From Takakia lepidozioides (lineage: Eukaryota; Plantae; Bryophyta): a DNA stretch of 64,000 nt. Position 1 is the stretch's first letter. Every line of letters begins with the position of its first letter. Made by a program: the position numbers and the translations under genes. Of the stretch, positions 9,764-22,197 are shown piece after piece. Under the pieces are notes generated by a model that was not told the origin of the DNA, made no database searches, and saw only the letters and a program-made list of their open reading frames with translations. The stretch is taken from the NCBI GenBank assembly GCA_030704615.1, contig CM060732.1, positions 28,148,001 through 28,212,000 of the forward strand. Direction: 5' to 3'.

Positions 9764-12700
9764 ATGGCAGAACCAGAAATGGTCTTCAACTTTGTGGCGG
9801 GACTGGCCCCATGGGCCAGGCGGAAGTTGGAGGAGAAGCCACCCAAGACTTTGAACGAGGCTATTGAGAGGGCAGAATGTTTCTCAGATGTCCCTAGGGG
9901 TGAAAGACAAGGCCGTACGGAGCTGAACCACAAGAAGATTCGGCGGGAAGGTGACTCCTTCCGACCGGAAAAGAAGTGGGATAGGCCACGCGGCGAAAAT
10001 GGCACGTGGAAATCGAAGGGAGGGCCTTCACACGTCAAGGCGGCACCCGGTGCTTCGAAAGGAAAAGCGGGTGGAGCGGCTTATGGCGGACAGAAGGCGA
10101 CCTTTGATGGAGTGTGTTTCAATTGCGGGGAGCCCGGGCACATGGCCAAGAAGTGCACGAAGCCCCGGCAATTGAACATAACTCGGGCGACCACGGAGCT
10201 GTCGGAAGATACCATCAGTCGCTTGGTGGAAGCGGTGGTCGCCAGGACTTGCAAGGTAGGCAAATTTTCTTGTGAGTTGTATCAGGAAACTGGCGCCTTA
10301 CGAAAAGGGAGTCAGTTATTGTTCGTGGATGGGATAATATCCGGAACTAATGTGTTGTTGTTGGTGGACATAGGAGCGTCGCACTCCTTCATGACACGGC
10401 AACGGCACAAAAGCTGGGACTCCCGACAAGTGACGTGGGGGCCTCTATTGAGGTGCGTTCTGCCAAAGGAGAACCACAGTTGGCGACAAGGTTGGCGATA
10501 AATGTTCCTCTTCAACTGGGGAGTTGGGAGGACGTGAGAACTTCACCATCTGCGAGATCGATGGAGTGGATCTCATTTGGGGATGACCTTTTTGAGCAAA
10601 TCCGGAGCGGTCATAGATGGCCGCAAGAGATAGTCACGCTGCCATGTGGGAATGGTGGCAAGGTTTTACGAGTGTCAGAAACGCCCAAATCCGTGGGAGG
10701 GCGAATAAACCTTCTGTCAGCAAAGGAGTGGGCCGTGGAGGAGGCACACGAGCCCAATTTTTGCTTTACATTAGAGAAGTGAAAGGAGAAGGCGATGGGG
10801 AGCCGAGCCCAGATTGGATCAAGGGGATTTTGGAGAAATACCAGGATGTGATGCCGGAGGATTTACCAAGCGGCTTGCCACCGCGAAGAGGAGTTGACCA
10901 CAAGATTGAGGTGATACCGAGATCGGAACCGCCTGCCAAGGCGCCCTACCGGTTGAGCCACAAAGAGTTGGTCGAGCTGAAGACTCAGCTCAAGGATCTA
11001 ATGTCAAAGGGGTACATCTGGCCGAGTAAGTCACCTTACGGAGCCCCGGTGCTATTTGCAGACAAGAAGGATGGGACGCTGCGGATGTGTGTCGATTACA
11101 GGGCTCTAAATAAGGTGACTATCAAAAACCGGTACCCTTTGCCAAGGATCGACGACCTCTTCGATCGGTTGGCAGGAGCGAAGTATTTCAGCCGGATCGA
11201 CTTGCGCTCCGGCTATCACCAAATTCGGGTGGCGGAAGGAGATGAGGAGAAGACCGCGTGCAGGACAAGGTATGGTTCATATGAGTTCTTGGTGATGCCT
11301 TTTGGGCTCACCAATGCACCAGCGACATTTAGCACGCTGATGAACAGCCTTTTCCAGGAGTGGTTGGATGACTTTGTGATCGTGTACATCGACGACATCT
11401 TGGTGTACTCGAAAACAAAGGAGGAGCACCTGGAGCACCTCAAAAGGTGTTCCAAAATTGCGGGAAGGGAAGCTGTATGCCAAAGCTTCAAAGTGCGAAT
11501 TCGGGGTCACAAAAGTGGAGTTCCTGGGGCATGTGATTACACAGGATGGGATCAAATGGATGACAGAAAGGTGAGGGCGATCTTGGACTGGGAGCCTCCG
11601 ACTTCGGTCCCGGAGTGCGATCCTTCCTAGGACTCGCCTCCTATTACCGGAAGTATGTGAGAAATTTCGCCAAGATCGCGGGGCCGCTGTCGGACCTTCT
11701 GTGTAAATCCAAAGTCTGGGTATGGAACACATTTTGTGGCCAAGCTTTTGCTGAATTGAAGCAGTGGATGACGGAAGCTCCAGTCTTGAAAATCCCGGAG
11801 TTCGATCGTCCGTTTGAGATTCATACAGATGCATCGGACTTCGCGATTGGGGGTGTACTTATGCAAGATGGACGTCCAGTGGCTAACGAAAGTAAGAAAC
11901 TGAATGAAGTGGAGCGATGGTGGCCGACGCACGAAAAAGAGATGAAGGCGGTGGTGCATTGCCTTGAGCTCTGGCGCCACTATGTTGGTTCCAACCCAGT
12001 GAAGGTGTTCACGGACAATGTCACGGTGAAGTATTTTGCCACGCAGCCCAAGTTGTCCCCAAAACAACTTAGGTGGCAAGATACTTTGGCAGTGTTCGAC
12101 GTGGATATCCAGTACAAACCGGGATGGGACAATGTGGTGGCCGATGCTTTAAGTAGAAAGCAGCAGCTCTTGTTGGTGTACAAGGGCGAGACGGCGCTCC
12201 AAAGGAAGATCCGGAAGGCTTGCCGGAAGGATGAGCTGGCAAAGTCCGTGATGCAGGACTTGAGAATGGGGTTAAATCGCAGTTCCACTTGCAAAATGGA
12301 CTGCTCCGGTATAAGCAAAAACGTCTCTACGTGCCGAAGGGAGGGATCAGAGATAGCCTCTTGAGAGAATGCCATGATAACCCACTTGCGGGCCACGGCG
12401 GAGCCAAGCGCACTGCGGCACTCTTGAAGAAAGAGTATTTCTGGCCCAAACTGAGGGAGGAGGCAGAGGAGTATGTCAAGACATGCACCACATGCCAACA
12501 AAACCGGAGCGAGTACAAAAAGCAAGCGGGGCTGTTACAACCCTTGCCGATTCCAGAGGGGACTTGGGAAAGCGTCTCGATGGATTTCATGACTGCTATG
12601 CCGCTGTCAAAAGAATTCGATGCAATCATGGTGGTGGTAGATAGGTTCAGTAAAATGGGCCATTTCATCCCACCAAGGAGACGGCAACGGCGCAGGAGAC

Positions 12701-13638
12701 AGGGCGACTTTACTTCGCCCACGTCTTAAAGCATCATGGAGTCCCGAAGGATATTGTCTCGGACCGCGATCCAAAGTTTACGAGTAAATTCTGGAGAGCA
12801 CTTTGGAAGAAGATGGGGACGAGGCTGAAGATGAGCACCGCCTTCCGACCTACGACCGACGGCCAAACAGAAAGAGTGAATTCCGTAGTGAAGCAGATCT
12901 TGCGGAATTACGTGTCGGCAGACCAACAGACTGGGTGGAACACTTAGACGCGGCAGAGTTCTGTTATAATAACACACTCCGCAACGGGAGTTTCCCCTTT
13001 CGTATTGGTCTATGGAAAAGCACCTCTGGTGCCGACAAGTTGGGCCGCCCAGGACGTTGAGGAACCGGCAGTAGCGGCGGTACTGGAAGAACGCGAGCGT
13101 TTGTTGAAGCTCGCAAGTACAACATTGCCAAAGCTAGGAAACGGTATGAAAGGCAGGCGAATGGAAGCGGAGGGAAGTGAAGTTTGAGGCAGGCACAGAG
13201 GTCTGGTTGAACATCAAGAATTTCTGACTACCTCCGGAAGTGAGTCCGAAGTTCGTACCTCCGTATGGGGGTCCCTTTTGCATTCGGAAGGTTATGAATG
13301 AGGATGTGTATGAATTGGAGCTGCCGGCAAACAGCAAGGTGCACCCAGTATTCCATGTCTCCCTTTTGAAGCCTTACTTCAAAAATGAAGCACGTCCGAA
13401 TCGGCATCAAGTGTTGCGTCCGCCACCTATGATGTTAGATCATGAAAATGAACCTGAGTACGAGGTGGAGGCAATACTTAAGTCGAGGAGGTTCAAGAAC
13501 CGAGAAACGGAGTATCTCGTCAAATGGAAGGGCTATCATCATGTGGAGGCATCTTGGGTGCGTGCCTCAGAAATGGGAAACGCATCCGAGGCAGTTGCAG
13601 CGTTCGAAGGGCGACCTCAAAAGCGGAAGAAACGTTGA
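9764..13638 (+). pseudogene. Chromovirus gag-pol, frameshifted
   Basis: CFNCGEPGHMAKKC; LVDIGASH; YIDD; HTDASDFAIG; HDNPLAGH..CTTC; SMDF; PYGGPF; chromodomain EYEVEAIL...YLVKWKGY. Confidence 0.92.
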
Positions 13639-14541
13639 TGGGGACATCAACCTTGGAGCGTGGGGGAGGAAATGCATGCTTAGCCCGGTTAGCTAGCTCA
13701 GGAATCCGATTGCAAAAACTTGTATTGTACAAAAATTTGTTATAAAGGAAATGGGTTCCAAATATTCTGCGTCCTATTGTGTTTGGAATGGTGATGCATG
13801 GTGTGGTTGGCTAGTGTGTAGAATGCATGCTAGCTTACAAAAGTGGGAGAGGTAAATTGGTTAATCGTGTGTTTGCGCAGTGCCAAATCGGGTGACTCCC
13901 ATCCAAGGGGCAAGGAAACTTGCGCCTTCTTTGGGAGTTCACGTGCTAGTGCGCACCTGGCGCATGCGCGTACTATAACTGCGCTACCGAGGGGGTTGCC
14001 TTGTAGTGCGGGCTAACGCGGAAGCTACGTGCTTCCGTTCACGTACTATAATCGTGTAGCCTCGGGACGAAGTCGTAGTGCGGCTTTGGCGTGTTCCCGT
14101 ACCTCAGGCCAGCATTCCAAGGCGGACCCAATTGTAGTGATTGGGGCGCACGGTTGGTTCAAGGTTATCTTCCTAGTCAAAGAGGGTTCTAGGTGAACCC
14201 TTGCTCAAGGTGATGCCAAAAGCGGCATCATGAGCGATCGCAAGCAATGTTGTTGCAGTAAGGCGATTCGATCCTCGGGGAGGATCGTTCCTTGGCCTTG
14301 AAGTAGGCCAAGAAGAGTGCACTGGGAGGAGCTGGAGAGGCTCCACCCTTGGCCGGGACTTGGAGGAAGTCGGCCGAACTAGCTAAACGAGAGTAGAGTC
14401 AAGTGTGGGGTTTGGTTCTTTGCCATGGGACGCCATGGTACAAAAACAAACTCCTTGATGTGGGACGCCACAACTTGGATGTTTGTTTCTACAAAATGGA
14501 CAAGTCGATGAGGACATCGACTCCCTGTTGGTAGGGGTGTG

Positions 14542-15259
14542 TGTCGCGGCCCTTTGCCTTGAGGGCAGGAGGTCGGGACACTTGAGGGCTGCCCCTGTGG
14601 TGGGGTAGCGGCAGCAATAGGTATGGGGGCTGAAGCACCCTTGAGTGCCCAAGGCACTCAGGGAAGCGGAGGCGCTCACTAGGTGGAGCCCCGCACACCG
14701 GGTTTCGGTGGGGGTGGCTCCACAAGGGGTGGTGGTAGCTTAGTGGGACTTAGTGGGGGTGGCATAGGACTCACCATGGGGGCGGAGACCTCGTGGTGGG
14801 AGTCGTGAGGAGTCTTGGGACTCATCACGGTCCATAGGGGCCGTGGTGAGCGGGCCAAGACTCACCGCGACTCACCACCGGGAATCGAGGGTCTTCGTGG
14901 TGGTTCGCCATAAAATGGCATGGCTGGTTGTGAAACCCCCGCGGACAGCTACAGAAGTATATATAGGGAGTAGTAACCCTGAGAACGGTGCAAGCCCGTT
15001 GGTGACCAAAAACTAGTGAGTAAGCGAGCGAGCCAAAAGCGACCAAAGAGTGGGGAACGTTTCGGACTGCCATCTACCAAAGGGAATTCCACTAGGCCCA
15101 AATAGGTGGAGGTCTTTCGGGGGGCGAAGGGGGACCGTTATGTCCCGGTGAGCAGCCGAAGCTCCAAGTTGGCCCAGCGGCCGGTTGGGAGTCAGGCGCG
15201 CGCAGAAAAGTGAGTAACTATGACTTGAGGGGGAGCTTACCGAAGTGAGGTGCGCGACA
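14542..15259 (+). repeat. Chromovirus 3' LTR (718 bp)
   Basis: TG...CA with a 7-bp inverted repeat; direct repeat of the segment starting at 9068. Confidence 0.93.
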
Positions 15260-16722
15260 GTAGCCATGGCAGCGAGCCTCTGCTCTAGCTGCTGAAGCCG
15301 GTTGGCCATGCCTTGGTCAACACCCTGACCCCCACGTCCTTGGCCACGTTGAGGTTGCCCTTGGCCTCGTGGCTGGCCACCTCGTCCTCTCTGCTGCTCC
15401 ACCTCGCCCCCGGCCACCATTGTTCCTTGGAACTGGCCTGGGCGCAACTCAGGATGCAAACCATAACACTGGGCCCTCCATGCCCGTGCTTGCCACAATC
15501 CCACACTGCAACTGTGCAGGCTGTGCATGTGCCGACCCTTTGCCTCCCTCTGGGCAATCCTTCTTGACATGGGGTCCTCCACATGTCCAGCACACCACAT
15601 TTACCCATTGTTGGCCAGCAAATGAAGGGAGAGACCCCTGCATCTGAGGTCCTCTCTGCCCTTCCCTGAGCTTCACCTGAGCCCCCTTGTTGCCTTGAGC
15701 ACGTTGAGGTAGTGGTTGGCTAGGAGCACCACCCCGTGGTGTCTCCTTAGCAAATCCCACCATGACCACTCGTTCCTCCACCATGTTGAGCTCTATCCGT
15801 TCTGCCAGCAAAAACACATTTGCTAAGGTGGGTTGGGCCGCTTGTAGGAGAGTTGCATCCCGCACCCTTCTCCTCAGCTCCTTGTCCAATATCCCATACC
15901 AGAATTGGACTGCCTGAGCTTCCGTAACCCCTTGGGTTACATTAATCAAGCGCCTCATGCGAGTGAAAGCCTCCCTCAAGCTCTCGGTCGGCTTCCGTTG
16001 GAACTCTTGCAAGCTCCGCAACTTCTCTGTCCTCACCCCTTGGTAGTTCCCTCTCAACTCTTCGAAGAACTCCACAACAGGGTTGAAGGCAGGCACGGGT
16101 GCTAGTGCTGGTGCGGTAGTGGCTTGGGTGGACGTCGTAGCTACTGTACCACCAGTCCCACTAGTTCCCACTGCTACTTGCTGAAGCTGCCGGTGCAGCG
16201 GCAGGTGTAGCCACTGCCCTCGTGGCTCTAGTGCCCCTAGTGATGGAGACATAGTCGGGTGACCAGTACATCCTCCACTCCTCGATCTCAACCTCATGCC
16301 CCCGCCTGAACTCATGGTAATCATCCATAGGCGGCCCCTCAAGGTGCTGAAACAGCCCTTTCCATGCCATGAACGGCGTAAATAGTTTGTGGATTGCGCA
16401 TTTGCTGCAAATCACACCAACTATCAAACTCTTGGATAAAATCATCCAACTCGATGGTGCCCACCACCCCAGAGTACCTTCGTGGCCCCTTGGTAGCTCC
16501 ATACATCTCCTCCATTGTGTCCCACAACAATGGCAAAGAAACAACTTGCACCGCCGGTATGAGTCCTCCTGATTCACAATCCGAATCAGAACCTTCCGTG
16601 GAAGACACAAGAGGTGAAGGTGGCCTAAACCGCACACCTCGTCTCGTGTACCCACTAGTATCGCTAGTGCTCGAACCGGCACTGTCCCCAGCAACTAGTG
16701 GCACCTCCGTGTTGACACTCAA
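15260..16722 (-). pseudogene. Gag of copy A (frameshifted)
   Basis: LDDFIQEFDSW, QKPTESLREAFTR, CWTCGGPH, CGKHGH. Matches 24975-26417. Confidence 0.85.
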
Positions 16723-17052
16723 CCGGTCATGAACATGTCCCTAACCCCCTCTCCACAAGGTAACCGGGTAGAGAACCTGTTGCGGCTTATGGTTTGGAAT
16801 ACTAAGTTCCTAACATAGCCTACACTTGTACCTGCATCCACCGCAAGCACTCCTATGGTTGGCTGGTCATCACTTCCAACCTCACCACAGGAGAAACAAT
16901 GATGGTCTGGCTGGTCATCACCCCAGCCTCACCATCGACAGCATGCTCTAGGACTGGCCGGTGATCAAATCCGGACCATCACCTATAAAAACAAGCGCCC
17001 ACACAAAACTAGCATGGCGCACAGTCAAGCATGCAGGTATGGAGGGGATCCA

Positions 17053-17552
17053 NNNNNNNNNNNNNNNNNNNNNNNNNNNNNNNNNNNNNNNNNNNNNNNN
17101 NNNNNNNNNNNNNNNNNNNNNNNNNNNNNNNNNNNNNNNNNNNNNNNNNNNNNNNNNNNNNNNNNNNNNNNNNNNNNNNNNNNNNNNNNNNNNNNNNNNN
17201 NNNNNNNNNNNNNNNNNNNNNNNNNNNNNNNNNNNNNNNNNNNNNNNNNNNNNNNNNNNNNNNNNNNNNNNNNNNNNNNNNNNNNNNNNNNNNNNNNNNN
17301 NNNNNNNNNNNNNNNNNNNNNNNNNNNNNNNNNNNNNNNNNNNNNNNNNNNNNNNNNNNNNNNNNNNNNNNNNNNNNNNNNNNNNNNNNNNNNNNNNNNN
17401 NNNNNNNNNNNNNNNNNNNNNNNNNNNNNNNNNNNNNNNNNNNNNNNNNNNNNNNNNNNNNNNNNNNNNNNNNNNNNNNNNNNNNNNNNNNNNNNNNNNN
17501 NNNNNNNNNNNNNNNNNNNNNNNNNNNNNNNNNNNNNNNNNNNNNNNNNNNN
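17053..17552. other. Assembly gap (500 N)
   Basis: Run of N. Confidence 1.
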
Positions 17553-19337
17553 CTCATAAGATGTCTTGGTTGGTGGGGCAGGTTGGTACCCCATGGGCTT
17601 CACCCTGGATTTTTGGGAGGAGTCAGCTTCCTATAGGCCTGGATGGCAGTTAAGGAAGGGCCGACATGTGCAGCTCCCTGTGTGACGTTTATAGGAGGAG
17701 TTTGCGGTTTGCCCATGTGGGCAAGATGCCCACACTAGCAGCATTCACAACTGCAATGACTTGGCCTGGAGAGTTGCTTGAGGGAAACGCTCATTCAGAG
17801 GATGACATACCTCTAGGAGAATATGATGACATGTATGATATGGCAGAGTTGTCTGCCATGGTTGCTCAGACTCCATTGTGGGGCACGAGCAAGGATTTGC
17901 AGCGGGTTGCTGATCGACGGATGCAATAAGCTTGGGTGGAGGCTGTGCTGGTACAGGAGAGAGAGTGGAGTGGAGGAGTGCGGGATTGCACCAGGACCAC
18001 CTCAGTTGTCTCCATTGGACACCACACCTATTGTGTGGCAGTATCCGGATGAAGGCATTTGTCTTCTGGACTTGTTTTGGCGGGATCAGCACCGGATTGG
18101 CTGCTGTGTTACAGGCAGGTGTACAAGTTCGGCGTTACCTGTATGTGGAGAGGGATGAGACTGCACGACACGTTTCACTTCGCCATGTTGCTCAGTTGGT
18201 GCAGCGGTACCCTGAGTTGTTGCCGGTGGCTGCAGTTCGTGGATATCAGCAGGCCTTGCCAGCAGACATTTCGTTGCTGGGGGCGCAGGATTTAGAGCGG
18301 GTTGGCTCCATTGATCTGGTAGTGGCAGGTGGGCCCTGCCAGGGCATTCATCAGCCGGGCATGGCAATGGATTGCGAGACTCGAGGTCGGGTCTGTTTTG
18401 GGAGATGGTGCAGGTTTTGCGCCACTTGCAGCTTCATCAAGCTGTATCTCTAGCATACATCTTGGAGAATGTGCCACTGATGGGCGATTCTCGGGCCAGG
18501 GTGATGGCCAGTGTGCAAGTCCGGTTGTGGCTTAGGTGAGCAGTGTTGCTAGATGCAGCTACAGTAGGGTCACGGGCTCATCATCCACGGCTATGGTGGA
18601 CTAACTTGATACCACCCGCACTGCTCAAGCGTGCATTTGATGGGGTGCAACGGCCAGCACATCTCACAGTGGATAGCATTCTGGACATAAGGAGGCAGTC
18701 TCAGCGTGTGAGACACGATGACCGTTTGCCTTTGGCAGTGGTCAACAAGGTGGGTCAACCTGGAGCAGCATTACCTACACTGCTCAGCTTCCCAGGATCG
18801 CATGCTTTCCGTGATAGTGGACCTGGCCTCCTGTGGGATGCTCAGTTGCAGCAGGTAGTGGAGCCTAATGCTGACAAGCGTGAGCGGACAATGGGTTTTT
18901 ATCACTGGTACCACAGCGGTGTCGTCTCTTTCTGAGGCATCACGTCGTCAGGTGTTGGGGCAAGCAATGGATCTCTATTGCTTGACCTGCATTATCAGCT
19001 TGGCTATGGCTGAGCAACGTAGAGTGCGGAGTACACTTCCCTCGATGGACTCTCTGCCTACCGAGACAGTACATGCAGTGAGTGGGGGCGAGCATGTGAG
19101 GACCACGGGGTGCAGGCATCCATAGCACACGTGGGAGGTGCTCGAGGTTCAGAGGGAGTTGGCAGCCAAGGTGGCGGTGATGGATGAGGTTGGGGATTTT
19201 TCTCGGGTGGAGAAAGTCCTTGAGGATGAGATGATGGGGCAGGCTGAGGCCTTGTCACTGACTGAGCAGGTAGGGAGTACTGCTCAAGAGGTTGCAACAT
19301 AGCAACCACTGGACGCGTCCTCTACCTCTAAGCCCAC
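17553..19337 (+). pseudogene. Inverted fragment of the DNMT-gypsy element (copy C): protease end plus DNMT, frameshifted
   Basis: FGGISTG, GGPCQG, HHPRLWWTNL, and EVAT-TAG-CAACCA at 19300-19308. Confidence 0.88.
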
Positions 19338-19660
19338 TTGTTACAGCCCGCCACAACCTGTCAAAGCCTGTCACAACCCGTCACAACCCCATAGGCCGCA
19401 TGGCACAGCCTGTCACAGCCTGCCACAGCCTATCACAGCCCCTCACAGCCCCACAGGCCATAGGGCACAGCCTGTCACAGCCCGTCACAGCCCCACAGGC
19501 CACTCCTGACAGTTTAGCCATTTCTCCAAGGGGTTTAGCCATGCCAAGCTAGGGTTTGTGTCTCTTGGACTCTAGGCTTCTTTGCACCGAGCTATGGCGG
19601 CTTTGAAGAAATCAGCAAGATATTCTTGCTCTTTCGGCTCCCACACACCACCAATAGTAG
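19338..19660 (-). mobile_element. 5' leader segment of host copy B' (continues at 29526-31032)
   Basis: Matches about 27700-27971 and ends in the GTAG TSD. Confidence 0.75.
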
Positions 19661-19841
19661 TGTTGTGCGCATTCATATCGCTACACAACTACATCGCTGT
19701 CCAAAACCACACAACACATGTGCACACCACACACTAATATACCACTAGTCCACCACTAGTCCAGCCACTAGTCCAACCACTAGGCTACAACTAGTCAGTC
19801 ACTAGGCTGCCACTATGCTGCCCATTATGGCAGTCACCACA
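19661..19841 (-). repeat. Terminal repeat B2
   Basis: Homologous to 20172-20371, with small deletions. Confidence 0.9.
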
Positions 19842-19842
19842 A

Positions 19843-20169
19843 TGATAAAGAAGAAGAATACAAGCACAAGCTCATGCGAGCTCACAAAGCTAAAGCATAA
19901 ACTCATGCATGTATAACCTTATCACTCAAATACAAGTCAAGCCAAGTGCACCCCACGCCATGGGGAATCCACACTACGGTGCCATAGCTAGGCGCGGTGA
20001 GGCTCAACTCGAGAAAGATGAGCCTCCCGCGCTTGCCGTGAAGATAACCATTCCAGGGCCTAAATCTGCCTTGACCCCTGGATTGATACTTGGGCCAATC
20101 CCAAATGTCAATATATAAAAGCTAGCTATTTCTTAGCTAGTTTCATACTAGTGGTAAAATAACTTGACA
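19843..20169 (-). repeat. Terminal repeat A2 (327 bp)
   Basis: TGATAAAG...AACTTGACA; homologous to 29199-29525 and 30707-31032. Confidence 0.9.
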
Positions 20170-20171
20170 GC

Positions 20172-20371
20172 TGTCGTGCGCATACATATCGCTACACAAC
20201 TACATCGCTGTCCAAAACCACACAACACATGTGCACGCCACACACTAGTATACCACTAGTCCACCACTAGTTCAGCCACTAGTTCAACCACTAGTCCAAC
20301 CACTAGGCTACAACTAGTCAGTCACTAGGTTGCCACTATGCTGCCCACTATGGCAATCACTAGTCCACACA
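20172..20371 (-). repeat. Terminal repeat B1 (200 bp), adjacent to the PPT
   Basis: TG...CA; PPT at 20372-20384. Confidence 0.9.
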
Positions 20372-20631
20372 ATCGCCCCCCTAGCTGGTGCTTAGGTCCC
20401 TCTAAGTTCAGGTAGCCACAAGATGTGATAGTTATCATAGCCTCACTAAGTCCTCCACCACTGTTCCTACTACACTCAAACTCGATAGATCAAGAGGCGG
20501 GGTGCATGAGTTGCCCCATCGTTAGTCGCCGTCTTGCAACCTGTGAACTTGAGCTGGGGATCTCATGTATTGACTCCTATGAGCTTGGCCTCCCATATCT
20601 TGTTAGCTGCCTCCAATCATGTCCACTGCCA

Positions 20632-22110
20632 CTATCCCAAGCAGTGTGGACACAACCAATCTCCGTCAGGAACCTTATCAAGAGGTGGTGTCAAGCATCC
20701 CATATGCCATCCCCTTGAGCATCGATCACACACCAGCACGGTGGCTGCCCCTTTGGCAGACCCACAAAGCATGCACCTCAAACCTGCACGTACCACTGGC
20801 AAGTTTGGATCAACTCTGCCATCAACATTGGGAAGGTGTCATGGCGCAGAATTACGCACATGTCCTTCCAAGTCATGCTATCCCGACCCTCCAAGATCAG
20901 GACTCCTGAGGGCAATACCTCTTGAACCCTCAGAATAACACGCCCTACAGTGACATCCAGGGTCGTAGGAGTAGTCTGCTGCAAATAAACATAGTCACCA
21001 GGGCTAAACCTCCGAACCCCAGGACGATATCCTCCACCACGTATAGTGGCATACCTCAACGATATGGTGCTATGCAATGGCAAGGTTCTCAAAAGCCATG
21101 GGCATGACTTTCTTGAACAACTCTGCATGCTGATCACATGCACGTACCTACACGTCCGGATCATCAACGTTGAGGACTTGAGCAGTGTCCCTACGAATGG
21201 CTACAGGAAAATCCGGCTCTCGGCCAAAGAGAAGGAAATATGGTGAGAAATATGCAAGTGATGCTTGTTTGCTGAACCTGCAGCCCATGGCTAACCGAGG
21301 CACCTGAAGATCCCAATCTCCTAGGTGTCCTTTCTGCAAGCCATACTTGCGCAGACCCTCTTCACCGTCTGAACACTCTCTCTGCCAAGCCATCGGCCTC
21401 AGGATGATCCCGAGAAGTGGTGCGGTGGTATATCAAGGCTTTATCACACAAAGCCTGAAACTCCCCCAAGAACTCTCTCCCTTGGTCCGTGAGTACCTCA
21501 GCTAGAGCACCGAATCGGCTAAGCACACAATCCAAGAATGCATACGCAGCCCCCTCACTAGCCTTGTCGCGCAATGGAACCAACTCAATCCACTTAGAGA
21601 AGTGCTCCACCATCGCCAACACATATCTGTGGTGGCGCATAGTCAGTGGCAATGGTCTTGCGAAGTCAAGACTCCACTTGTAGCCCAATCCCATGATTGG
21701 TAAATGATGCAACTGGGGTGTAGGGGCGTTGAATGAAGCACGCACCATGTCACACACCATGCACCTAGCCACAAACTGTTGCACCTCTGTACGCATACCA
21801 CGCCACCAATACTGCCCCTGCAGTAAATTGTGAGTGCGTCGCACTCCAAAATGCCCCAACCCCTCATGGGCATGCCGCACTAACCGTGCATGCTGTATGG
21901 GGTGAGGCACAATCCTCACCCGACCATCCTCCCATACTTGGAGCAGGTGTATCCCCTCCCACTTGAACCTTTTGGCTCGTTGCAGGATCCGATCCCTCTC
22001 CTTGGCAGTCACAGTGGCTGTCATGTCTCCAGTACGGAGGTAGTCCAACACAGCCGAATCCTCATGTATATCTCTGGTACCACCTGGCTTATCACTAGCC
22101 TCAGGGTCCT
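20632..22110 (-). pseudogene. Integrase plus PHD (copy B), frameshifted
   Basis: HEGLGH..CMVC, WSLDF, LTDQGREF. PHD sequence matches 3275-3420. Confidence 0.9.
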
Positions 22111-22197
22111 TGGTCCAATGTCAGGCTCCCAATTGTCCACCGTAACTACAACCTTAAGTCCAGTGGGCTTAGAGGTAGAGGATGCGTCCAGTGGTTG

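Larger units (their letters stand above)
9068..15259 (+). mobile_element. Chromovirus (Ty3/gypsy) nested in copy A
   Basis: TGTCGCG...CGCGACA ends; 5-bp TSD GTAGC (9063-9067 and 15260-15264); PPT 14530-14541; chromodomain after the integrase. Confidence 0.95.
2860..17052 (-). mobile_element. Ty3/gypsy retrotransposon carrying a DNMT3-like methyltransferase and a PHD finger (copy A); 5' part runs into the gap
   Basis: Gag (CWTC..H..C), protease LLDSGA, C5-MTase motifs, RT YIDD, RNase H, DDE integrase and PHD in order on the minus strand. PPT and terminal repeat at 2860-3027. Collinear with copy B. Confidence 0.95.

Noticed and set aside
16961-17653. ORFs spanning the N run
   Set aside because: Artefacts of the gap.
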